Source of the DNA: an uncultured virus (IMG/VR IMGVR_UViG_3300035183_001042)
Lineage: Duplodnaviria; Heunggongvirae; Uroviricota; Caudoviricetes
Length of the DNA stretch: 64,000 nucleotides
Virus record (IMG/VR): IMGVR_UViG_3300035183_001042
Direction: 5' to 3' (one strand)
This document shows positions 49,332 through 58,284 of this stretch, piece after piece. The notes beneath the pieces are model-generated. The model saw only the letters and a program-made list of their open reading frames with translations, had not been told where the DNA came from and did no database searches. Each line of letters begins with the position of its first letter. Within the stretch, counting starts at the first letter, position 1. The position numbers and the translations under genes were made by a program.

Positions 49332-49668
49332 GACCGCAGACTATCACCCCTCCAAGGTGTTCGCGAGACGATCAGCCAGTGCCGTTCGCTTGGTCCACCG
49401 TCGGCATGGAGAGGAGTTTTGTCTTCATCTTTTCTGCCAGTCTGCGAGGACTTCCTTCTCGCGCGTGCGCATCTCTTCGATCAGTCCGAATCGCTGGTAC
49501 GTCCGCCACGATTCGTTCTGCTTCCAAGAGGATGCTCGATCCGACTCGATGAAGTTCGATCACGATCCACTCTACCGTGACTGCCACCAGCCAGTTCGCT
49601 AGCCAATCAAAGGTCATCGAGACCACGAGAGCCTCAGGCGCAGGCATACGCGCGTCTGCAGAGCAGAT

Positions 49669-49856
49669 AAGCTCGTGCTCCGCGCGCCGGCAGAACGGGA
49701 CATGGAGCGGTTCTTCCGCAGCACGCGCCTAGCATGCACAACATGGTCAAGACCCTGGAGCACGAGGGCTACATCCAACGGCAGTCCGGCGTCGCTCGCT
49801 CCATCAAGCTGCTCGTCGCCCCCGAAACCCTGCCGGTCCTTCGGCGCCCCGAATGA
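49669..49856 (+). pseudogene. fragment of a LexA/MarR-type winged-HTH regulator
   Basis: RAPAERDMERFFRST / frameshift / SMHNMVKTLEHEGYIQRQSGVARSIKLLVAPETLP; no 5' end. Confidence 0.65.
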
Positions 49857-49935
49857 TCGCCAGTGCCCAACCCTTCAACTCCCATGTGGTCGGGTACTAG
49901 GCGCCACCCCACACACGCAGAGAATCACCGAATGA

Positions 49936-50418
49936 TCAGAACGGGATATCGTCGTCCACTGATTCTTGATCATCGTCTTCCTCGTGGACCGCTGGCTTCG
50001 CTGTCTTCCCTGACTTGGTCTTGGTCGTCGCGCGTCCAGAGGAGCGCCCGCTCGAAGACGGAGCCGACGAGCGGCCATTGTCATCGTCCTTGCCCTCTGG
50101 AGCCTTCGCGAGGAAGGTCAAGTCGAGCACGACGACCTCGGAGATGTATCGCTTCTGACCGTCCTTCTCGTAGTCTCGGTTGTCGATTCGGCCCGTGATC
50201 TGCAGGAGCTGGCCGGACTTGATGTACGGAGCGAGCTTCTCGGCTCGCGGGCCCCACATGACGAGGTTGTGCCAGGTCGTCTTCTCCTTCGACGTGCCGT
50301 CAGTGCCCCTGTAACGCTCGGTGGTCGCCAGCGAGAACGAAAGCTTGTGTGTTTCTCCAGCTTGACGTAGCTCGCCGTCGCGGCCGACGCGGCCGATCAG
50401 AATCACCTGATTGAACAT
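49936..50418 (-). CDS. ssb: single-stranded DNA-binding protein
   Basis: MFNQVILIGRVGRD...TTWHNLVMWG...acidic tail DDDIPF. Confidence 0.95.
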   Translation of the reverse strand: MFNQVILIGRVGRDGELRQAGETHKLSFSLATTERYRGTDGTSKEKTTWHNLVMWGPRAEKLAPYIKSGQLLQITGRIDNRDYEKDGQKRYISEVVVLDLTFLAKAPEGKDDDNGRSSAPSSSGRSSGRATTKTKSGKTAKPAVHEEDDDQESVDDDIPF

Positions 50419-50559
50419 GTTGCTCTGTAACTCTTTCTGTTCGCCAGAACAGCGAGCGTTGTCTCGCCCCGGGAACGGGGATAGACCTACCATAAGAATC
50501 GCATCCTGACGAGAAAAATCGTGACAAAGATGCTGATTCTTCTTTCTTCATTGGAATCG

Positions 50560-51144
50560 CTACTTTGCAAGAGCCATCGCTGCTGTTCCTGCCAAGAGGA
50601 AGATGCTGCCTACACGTCTCGCGTTCGTCACCGGCAAGAACGTAGGAGGCTCGAATCCGTCTCTCGAAACAAGCCACTTCGCCCCAGGATAAAGCGCCGC
50701 AGTGAAGGTCCATGGCTGCACTCGCACGATGTGCACTCGCGATGGATCTCCGGCCATCCGAAGCAAGTCTCTCCATGCGGCCTGCGGATCAGACACGTAC
50801 TCAAGCACGCAAGACACAAACACGACGGAGGAGTCGTCTGGCACACCAGGAACCGGACCAGACGTGATGTCGTGCTGAACGGACCGGACACAATCACCAC
50901 AGCCTACGATGTCCACACAAACGTCTCCGCAGCCGTACGCCCCGATCAGTCTCGTGTGAGCTCCTGCTCGAGGCGCACCGACGACGACCAGCGTGCGACC
51001 AAGCTCTTTTGCTTGCTTCGAGGCCAGATCGAACGTCGACTTCCGGTCACCGAAGCGCTGTAGAGCAGCTGCTCCCTCAAGTGCCGTGGTCGCGAGAAGT
51101 CCAGTCCTTGCTGCGGTCGAAATCCAATCCATGTTCATGCCCAA
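50560..51144 (-). CDS. methyltransferase-like protein with terminal hydrophobic helices
   Basis: LVVVGAP...YGCGDVCVDIVGC...VFVSCVLEYV. Confidence 0.5.
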   Translation of the reverse strand: MGMNMDWISTAARTGLLATTALEGAAALQRFGDRKSTFDLASKQAKELGRTLVVVGAPRAGAHTRLIGAYGCGDVCVDIVGCGDCVRSVQHDITSGPVPGVPDDSSVVFVSCVLEYVSDPQAAWRDLLRMAGDPSRVHIVRVQPWTFTAALYPGAKWLVSRDGFEPPTFLPVTNARRVGSIFLLAGTAAMALAK

Positions 51145-51150
51145 AGGCTA

Positions 51151-51714
51151 TCAGCCAGAGGTTGCCCTCGTAAGATCGATGAGTTGGATCGACCCTCCCC
51201 TCCACGGCAAGCGTACCTGCTGCCCAGACAGGATCCGCCAGTAGCTGTCCTCCACAGCCCAGCGCAAGAGAGAGACGAGGCTCAACACGTACATCCTCGT
51301 GCAGCGAACATCGCCGCGCTCGATACCTTCGACCATCGCCTCATCCACACCGAGCGCTACTGCCAAGTCCTGGCGCTTCATACCCATGCTCTTCCTCGCG
51401 AACCTGACCGACATCGCGTCGGCTTTGTCCGGAAGCTTCGAAAGCGCCTCGAGAGCAGCCACTTGCTCCGCTCGCCCAGCATCGAAGCCAAGACAAGCAT
51501 CCCCGCATCCGCACGTCTTGCCAGGTACTCGCACGACGATCCTCTGGCCGCACAGGTCCCACGAGAGATCGGTCGTGCCTGGAACCGCTACTTGCCCGCA
51601 GGTTCGACACGGCTTCGCCCGGTTCATCCACGTCGAGCGAAGCGTGTCGGCGTCCTGAAAATGAGCGTCTTCCTGGTTGATTTCCTCGATATCCATCGAT
51701 CCAGTCGATAGCAA
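51151..51714 (-). CDS. MqsA/YgiT-like Zn-finger plus XRE-HTH protein
   Basis: CRTCG...VPGKTCGCG; VRFARKSMGMKRQDLAVALGV...IERG. Confidence 0.7.
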   Translation of the reverse strand: MLSTGSMDIEEINQEDAHFQDADTLRSTWMNRAKPCRTCGQVAVPGTTDLSWDLCGQRIVVRVPGKTCGCGDACLGFDAGRAEQVAALEALSKLPDKADAMSVRFARKSMGMKRQDLAVALGVDEAMVEGIERGDVRCTRMYVLSLVSLLRWAVEDSYWRILSGQQVRLPWRGGSIQLIDLTRATSG

Positions 51715-52140
51715 CGACGGCGTCGACGGTCAATTCGATGCCAAAGCGGGACTCACACGAACGGCCAAGAGGAACCGTCCGGGTGAGCCCCTGCCCTCTT
51801 TTGATCGCATCCGAGCAACGAAGACGCGATCGAGAGCAACGCAACAGTAGACGCAAAAGGAGAGGAACGCAAGTCTCAGTATTTGTGCACATTCGGCAGC
51901 CACTCCTGCCGTGGGTCTGGTCCGCGAGGGGCACGCGGTGTCAGGCTCCTGCTGAGCTCCTCAAGCGCGCGGCGAGCCGACAGCGCGGCCTTTTTTGCTC
52001 TCTTCTTCTGACCGAGCTCGATGCAGCCCTTCGCCTCGTTGGCGAAGTCGATCGCCTGCTGAAGCAGGAGCATGGGATCTGTCGTATAAGGATCTACCAT
52101 CTGCCGTGGAAGAGCACAGCGAAGACGGCCTCGTCAACCT

Positions 52141-52974
52141 TCAAGAGAAAGGTGTGAAGCTCACCCTCGAGATGGGATCTCCATATGGATTCTTCGGAAG
52201 TGGCATCGACGAGCGCTTCGACCGCTGACTCGGCTGCGACCTCGACGAGCGAGGATCTGCCTCCTGATCATCTTCAATCCGACCTCCATCGATCTTGTCC
52301 GAGCGAAAGGCGCCGAGAAGATAGAGCCCAGCGAGACTGCCTGCGGTGATCGCAGCATACGCGACGATCTCTGCGTAACGAGAAGATGTCGAATACTCTC
52401 GAGACATCCAAAAGACCGAGCTCGGTGCAGGGGACATCGACGATCTGCCTTCGCGAAGCGCATCGAGCACGCGCCGAGCATACTGGTACGCCTCAAGCGA
52501 CGAGCGAGCGACCCCTGGATAAAGGTCAACTCGCGCCGTGTCAGCAAGAGACGATGGGGAGAGAAGAGCCTGCTGCGGCTCCCCAACCACCGCCGCCTCG
52601 AGCGGATAGGACCGAGCAGAACCGACCTGACTCGAAGACACGAGACGACGACTTGAGCGAATCGTGCGCATCGCATATCCGAGAGCGTCCGCAGCGTTCT
52701 GTCTCTCCACCGTCAAGCGACCCGACGCGGCATCAACTGGCGGCATCTTCCCCCAAGTCCATCCGACCAGAGGGACGATCTGCGTCGACGTGCCGCGCAG
52801 GTTTCGAACGCCAGGACTCCACCCTGGTCTCCCTGAAAGCAACTGGTCTCGAAGAATACCGAGCTGCGCCACCACGTCGTCATGAGCAAAGACCGTCGCG
52901 GCCTCTCCAGAGATCCACTGGCGAAGAGTCTCCTCTGCGCCACCCATGCTCGAAGAAAGCCGGACGAGCTCCAT
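52141..52974 (-). CDS. membrane protein
   Basis: IVAYAAITAGSLAGLYLLGAF near the C-terminus. Confidence 0.65.
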   Translation of the reverse strand: MELVRLSSSMGGAEETLRQWISGEAATVFAHDDVVAQLGILRDQLLSGRPGWSPGVRNLRGTSTQIVPLVGWTWGKMPPVDAASGRLTVERQNAADALGYAMRTIRSSRRLVSSSQVGSARSYPLEAAVVGEPQQALLSPSSLADTARVDLYPGVARSSLEAYQYARRVLDALREGRSSMSPAPSSVFWMSREYSTSSRYAEIVAYAAITAGSLAGLYLLGAFRSDKIDGGRIEDDQEADPRSSRSQPSQRSKRSSMPLPKNPYGDPISRVSFTPFS

Positions 52975-53858
52975 CAGAAGACCCCACGAGCGCGAAGCAT
53001 GGTGTCACGGGCAGACCTCAGCTGCGATCGGCGCGCGATGGAATCCGAGTCGCCGCGCGGATACTTGCTGGCCTCTCGAGCGTACGCAGATCTGATCGAT
53101 CCGACGTCCGCGTCGGAACGAATGCCGAGCACAGCAGCGGCACGACGAATGTTGTCCGGCGACGTCGGCATGGGACGAGACCCGACGAGAGAGCGCTGGA
53201 CGTCCGACTCGAGAGGCATCTGTGGCCGCGAAGGCGGTAGCGTGGGACGCCTGGGTGGAAACGCCTGACGAGCAAACCGTTCATCTTCGTCGTCGCGAGT
53301 CGCCATGTAGATCCCGACGCCGGCGAGCAGCAGGAGGCCAACTCCACCGAGAAGAATCGGCGTCTGGTGAGCGCGATAGAACTCAGCCATTGATCCAGCG
53401 AGACTCGTTGGCGAATCTCCGCCGTGCGTCGGAGTACTCGTCGGAGTACTCGTCGGAGTCCGCGGCGGAGTACGCGGCGGAGTACGCGGCGGAGTACGCG
53501 TCGGAGTACTCGTCGATCGAGGGCGAAAGAACATCGGCTCTCCACCTGTGACCAAGATCGGGTTATCGTCAGAGAGAGGGAACCCCATCTTGGTGAGCCC
53601 GAGCGAGACCAAAGCACCCCACGCCGGACGAGTGATAAGCTCGCCAGCGCGGAGGTTGCGAATGTCTTCGATAGTCGCTTCCGGGAAGTGGTCTCGCTGA
53701 GCGCGAGCCAAGAGCGCGGCCTTCGTTCGCTCGCCAAAAATACCGTCTGGAGTCACCCCGAGCTCCTGCTGCGCAGCGCGCAAAACCGCATCGGGCGTGA
53801 ACCGATCGAAATCGATCGGCCGAGAAGCGTGGGTGAAAGAGAACCAAGCGACAGCCAT
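52974..53858 (-). CDS. PG-binding domain, TPPR stalk, TM and J-domain-like tail
   Basis: AQQELGVTPDGIFGERTKAAL; AAVLGIRSDADVGSIRSAYAREASKYPRGD. Confidence 0.7.
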   Translation of the reverse strand: MAVAWFSFTHASRPIDFDRFTPDAVLRAAQQELGVTPDGIFGERTKAALLARAQRDHFPEATIEDIRNLRAGELITRPAWGALVSLGLTKMGFPLSDDNPILVTGGEPMFFRPRSTSTPTRTPPRTPPRTPPRTPTSTPTSTPTHGGDSPTSLAGSMAEFYRAHQTPILLGGVGLLLLAGVGIYMATRDDEDERFARQAFPPRRPTLPPSRPQMPLESDVQRSLVGSRPMPTSPDNIRRAAAVLGIRSDADVGSIRSAYAREASKYPRGDSDSIARRSQLRSARDTMLRARGVF

Positions 53859-53859
53859 A

Positions 53860-54528
53860 TCAACCCTCTCTGCTGTTGAAGTAGATCACAGAACCTACCG
53901 CGATCGCAGCCACGATACCGCCAGTGACTAGGATCGGAACCTTGTGCTTTCGAACAAAGTTCGAGGCGCGCGGCAGGCTCTTGTCGAAAAATCCGCTCTC
54001 GATGACGGCAGGATAGCGAACCTGCGCGAGCGTCGCGTTCGTTCCGAGAGCGACTCCGCCGCTTGTAATCCACGAGAAGCTAGCTCGTTCATCGTCCCTC
54101 AGCACTTGGCTGGAGAGCAGGATGAGCGCAGTGAAGGCGACCGGGTCCAAGCGACGCTCAGAAGCAGCCTGAGCGAGATGCTGAGAGAACGTTCCTCCAG
54201 AAGGAAGTCGCTGATTCCAGCGAGCCGGGACCACCTGCGAAGCAGCGTCGAGAGTGAGCGTGTCGAGCACTCCGTCCTCTCGAACAGCTCCCTGCGGGAC
54301 AGTGCCTGCCGGAAGCGAGTTGATGTACTGCTGTACTCGACGAATGATCTCCGTCGGGGAAGCCACAGTTACCTCACGAGTCGCTCCTGGGAGAGGCGGC
54401 GTGTAGTAGAACCAGTTGCGAGAGCGGTCCTCCATCGAATAGTCAGGAGGGAGCTGTGTGTTCGGGAGACCCGAAGCAACTTGTCCAGAAGCATGGACCA
54501 GATCTGCACTCATCGTGACTCTCTCCAC
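53860..54528 (-). CDS. TM-tailed protein with PG-binding-like domain; paralog of 55158-55955
   Basis: PDYS..D..RNW, SPT.I.RR.Q and DGV shared with the paralog. Confidence 0.7.
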   Translation of the reverse strand: MERVTMSADLVHASGQVASGLPNTQLPPDYSMEDRSRNWFYYTPPLPGATREVTVASPTEIIRRVQQYINSLPAGTVPQGAVREDGVLDTLTLDAASQVVPARWNQRLPSGGTFSQHLAQAASERRLDPVAFTALILLSSQVLRDDERASFSWITSGGVALGTNATLAQVRYPAVIESGFFDKSLPRASNFVRKHKVPILVTGGIVAAIAVGSVIYFNSREG

Positions 54529-54725
54529 GTCTTGTACAACACAAGAACTCCAACGAAAACAGCTCCGGTGACAACGAGAGGAGCGACGAATGGCGGGATC
54601 GCATCAAGCGATCCGCTGCTCTCTTCGGAGAGCACCTCTGGATCATCGATCATCGATCGACGAACCGAAGCAGACGGCTCAACCATCATATCTTTCGAAG
54701 CATCCAAACTCATAGGTCCGTGCAC
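54510..54725 (-). CDS. small TM-tailed protein
   Basis: SSGSLDAIPPFVAPLVVTGAVFVGVLVLYKTWR. Confidence 0.55.
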   Translation of the reverse strand: MHGPMSLDASKDMMVEPSASVRRSMIDDPEVLSEESSGSLDAIPPFVAPLVVTGAVFVGVLVLYKTWRESR

Positions 54726-54822
54726 CGAAGAGTACCGGACATACTCCGTTTGGTCTACAGCTCAAGGCGCCCCCACCCGAAGCGCTCGTCTGCGAAGCCT
54801 TCTGCAACGAAGACCGGATCGA

Positions 54823-55227
<405 letters not shown>

Positions 55228-55958
55228 AGAATAGCGATCCCCGCAATACCGACAACGCCAACGGCAATCGCTGGCGCGTACGGCTTCGCTCGCTCCCAGA
55301 ACGTCGCGACCGATGGAACACCACGAATCGCGATCGCGTCCGTTGTGCCACCAGGCAACGCACGATCCCCAGCCTCCGGAGGAACAGGCTGAAGCTCCGG
55401 CTGAGGCTCCGGCTGAGGCTCCGGATGAGGCTCCGGATGAGGATCAGAATGAGGCTTGTGCTGGCTAGAAGGCTCGGCAAAGGCCACGGGGAGATCCACG
55501 CCAAATAGAGGCATGCGGATCTCATCCGTACTGCGGAACGCGTCGAGCCGAATAGCTCCGTCAAAGAGCGCCTGAGGACTATTGCGCAAATCTTCTCGGC
55601 TCGCCCAGATGATGGCCTTCCAAGTCCCCTCGCTGATCGGCCCAGAACGGTGCGTACGAAAATGACGTCGATCATCGGCGATCGTCGCCACGTAAATCTC
55701 TGCAGAGTCGGAAGGCGCACGACGAGCACCTTCATTCACGAGGCGCTCGACGAGCGCGAGCACGTTGTCACGAATCACTCCATCCGCTGGAGTGAGCCCG
55801 TTCTGCGACTGGAGTCGACGAACAATGTTCGTCGGAGACTCCTCCGCATAGAGCGGCCGATCCGATCCAGCGATCGATACCTGATACCAGTTCCGGCGAG
55901 GATCCACGATCGAGTAGTCTGGAACCCGGGTGAAATCAGCCTGAGCAGTAGCCATGAG

Positions 55959-57122
55959 TCAGTCTTCCTTTGTGCCCAAGCGATAAGCCAACAGACAGAT
56001 TGCAGACACTGCAACGCCGCTGAGCAAGTAAGGCCAAGACTTCGTCACGATCTCCGCGATCGAACCAGCGAGCATCGATGTCGACGCCCCTCCTTGATCC
56101 GAAGTCGAAGGCGCGGGCGCAGGCTGAATATCGCTCGTCGAAGGATTAGCTGGAACGATCGAAGAGTCGCTTTGAGGCGTTGGAACGATCGAAGAGTCGC
56201 TTTGAGGAGTTGGAGCAGGAGTGTTGGGGACAGAAACCTGAGGCGATCCAAACGACACCGACGGAACGCGAGTCGACGAGTCATCGATCGGCGGATTAGA
56301 CGTTCCTCCAACCGAAGGCGACGGAAGAGTCCATGGCGTTGTCGTCACCACCGTAGGCGAAGTCTGCTGAGGAGAGGACGGGGAAGACGGCTCTGGAGAG
56401 GACGGGGAAAACCGCACTGGATAGGACGTGGAAAACTGCGCTGGAGAAGACGTCCGCCACCGCCACGAATCGATCTGTGAGTACCCACTCTTCGGCAAGT
56501 TGTCGATGTTGTTCAACAATGCAAAGCCCTGGAACGAGGTGGACGAATCCACGCTCAGCATCGATTCATCATATCGAGGTAAAGTTCCACGATTCATGAT
56601 GAAAAAGAACTCTTCCGGTCTCATCAGGGACGGGAAAGATCCACCCGTGAGTCCGCCAGTGTGCCAGCCAACCAAGATCATCGCGGACGCAATCGCATCG
56701 TTCAGAGACCGTGATCGAGCAGCCTCGGCGACCCTGTCTAGCAGGTTCCGCGTCACGACAAGCCGACCCTCTCGGCGCGCTCGAGCAAGCCACGACCACA
56801 TGCGGCGAAGCATCGCGTCGTCGATATTAGCCTGGAACGCAGGCCCCATAGGACCAGCCGCACGGCCATCGTACGTCGCCATGTCCGACAGATACGGGTC
56901 CCGCTCAAGTAGCTGACGCGCTCGAATCACGACCGTGCGACCGTTCGTCCAAGCCACATACCCGCTCAAGACCCCGCTCGTTGGCTGCCGAAAAGCCCAC
57001 CAGACAGCGTCCGCTTGAGGCGCAGAGAAGTTGACCGGATGAGGATAAGAGGACGGAGAGTCACCGGCCGAAGCAACACGGAATCCCCAAGCTTGCTCGT
57101 TCGTCGTCAAAGGACCGGTCAT
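55959..57122 (-). CDS. TM-tailed protein with Ser/Pro/Thr stalk
   Basis: 30-bp duplication at 56151-56207; LAGSIAEIVTKSWPYLLSGVAVSAICLLAYR. Confidence 0.7.
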   Translation of the reverse strand: MTGPLTTNEQAWGFRVASAGDSPSSYPHPVNFSAPQADAVWWAFRQPTSGVLSGYVAWTNGRTVVIRARQLLERDPYLSDMATYDGRAAGPMGPAFQANIDDAMLRRMWSWLARARREGRLVVTRNLLDRVAEAARSRSLNDAIASAMILVGWHTGGLTGGSFPSLMRPEEFFFIMNRGTLPRYDESMLSVDSSTSFQGFALLNNIDNLPKSGYSQIDSWRWRTSSPAQFSTSYPVRFSPSSPEPSSPSSPQQTSPTVVTTTPWTLPSPSVGGTSNPPIDDSSTRVPSVSFGSPQVSVPNTPAPTPQSDSSIVPTPQSDSSIVPANPSTSDIQPAPAPSTSDQGGASTSMLAGSIAEIVTKSWPYLLSGVAVSAICLLAYRLGTKED

Positions 57123-57159
57123 CTGAGTGCCTCTCTAAGCCATCGAATCAAAGCAGAAA

Positions 57160-58263
57160 TCAGTCGCGCGTCGCGCGGTAGATCCCGTAGCCGAGCGCGG
57201 CGAGAACCGCCACTCCGCCAACACCCACCGCGACCTTCTGCGGCGTGCTGAGCGACGAGAAGAAGCCAGGAGGGGGCGGCGGAGGGGGCGGCGGAGGCGG
57301 CGGAGGGGGCGGCGGAGGAGCTGGAGTCGCGGATGTCTGCGCCAGAGCAGCCTGAACGTTCGCGAGCGCATTCGCCGCCTCCTGCTGGGAGAGCAGCCCC
57401 TGCCGCTGCAGATTGGCAACCTGCATCGCCGCCTGCTGGCGAGCACGCTCACGATCCGTTTCTGCGCCTTGGGTGATCGCAGTGACGACGATGTCGCGCG
57501 TCCCCTGTAGCAGCGTTCCGCCGAGGCCAGCGAGCGCTTGCGCGGTCTGCGCGTCGATTCCGATTCCTCCCTGCGGCTGCGAAGGAACCTGCTGATCGCC
57601 AGGCTTCGTAGGATACTGCTGCCCCTGTGGCGGCGCAGACGGAGGCGGCGAGGTCGGCGTGACAGGCGGAGGAGCCGCTTGGCCAGCTGCACGAACGATG
57701 TTCACCGCACCTGCCGCAGGAACCACGTTCACCGCACCTGCCGCAGGAACCACGTTCACCGCACCTGCCGCAGGAACCACGTTCACCGCACCTGCCGCAG
57801 GAACCACGTTCACCGCACCTGCCGCTTGGACAACCGACGCCTCCGTCGAAGGATGCTGCGAAGGATGATGCTGCGAAGGATGATGCTGCGAAGGATGATG
57901 CTGCGAAGGATGATGCTGCGAAGGATGATGCTGCGAAGGATGATGCTGCGAAGGATGATGCTGCTGAGGAGGAGCATCCGTCATTCCGCCGAAGAACTCC
58001 GTCACGCGGCCCGAAGGCTCTCCGAGCTGAAGCACCGGAACCGCGTAGCTCGCGAGTTGCGGACGACCGCTCGCCGACGACGAATAGCGGACCTTGCCGC
58101 CTCTGATCGTGCGGTTGCCGACGCCGGCCGATGGGAGGCCCTGGTTCTGCGACGTGACCGAGCAGCCCTTCGAAGAGCACGAAGATCCTTCCTGAGCCGC
58201 TGCGCTCGACGGGGAGACGCGGTTCGGAGACGAACGAAAAAGAGCAGGGTTGTGGGAGGTCAT
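57160..58263 (-). CDS. low-complexity TM-tailed protein (QHHPS, AAGAVNVVP and poly-Pro repeats)
   Basis: Perfect 15-bp and 27-bp repeats; VAVGVGGVAVLAALGYGIYR. Confidence 0.75.
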   Translation of the reverse strand: MTSHNPALFRSSPNRVSPSSAAAQEGSSCSSKGCSVTSQNQGLPSAGVGNRTIRGGKVRYSSSASGRPQLASYAVPVLQLGEPSGRVTEFFGGMTDAPPQQHHPSQHHPSQHHPSQHHPSQHHPSQHHPSQHHPSQHPSTEASVVQAAGAVNVVPAAGAVNVVPAAGAVNVVPAAGAVNVVPAAGAVNIVRAAGQAAPPPVTPTSPPPSAPPQGQQYPTKPGDQQVPSQPQGGIGIDAQTAQALAGLGGTLLQGTRDIVVTAITQGAETDRERARQQAAMQVANLQRQGLLSQQEAANALANVQAALAQTSATPAPPPPPPPPPPPPPPPPPGFFSSLSTPQKVAVGVGGVAVLAALGYGIYRATRD

Positions 58264-58284
58264 GGACTGGTCCTCATGTTGAAG

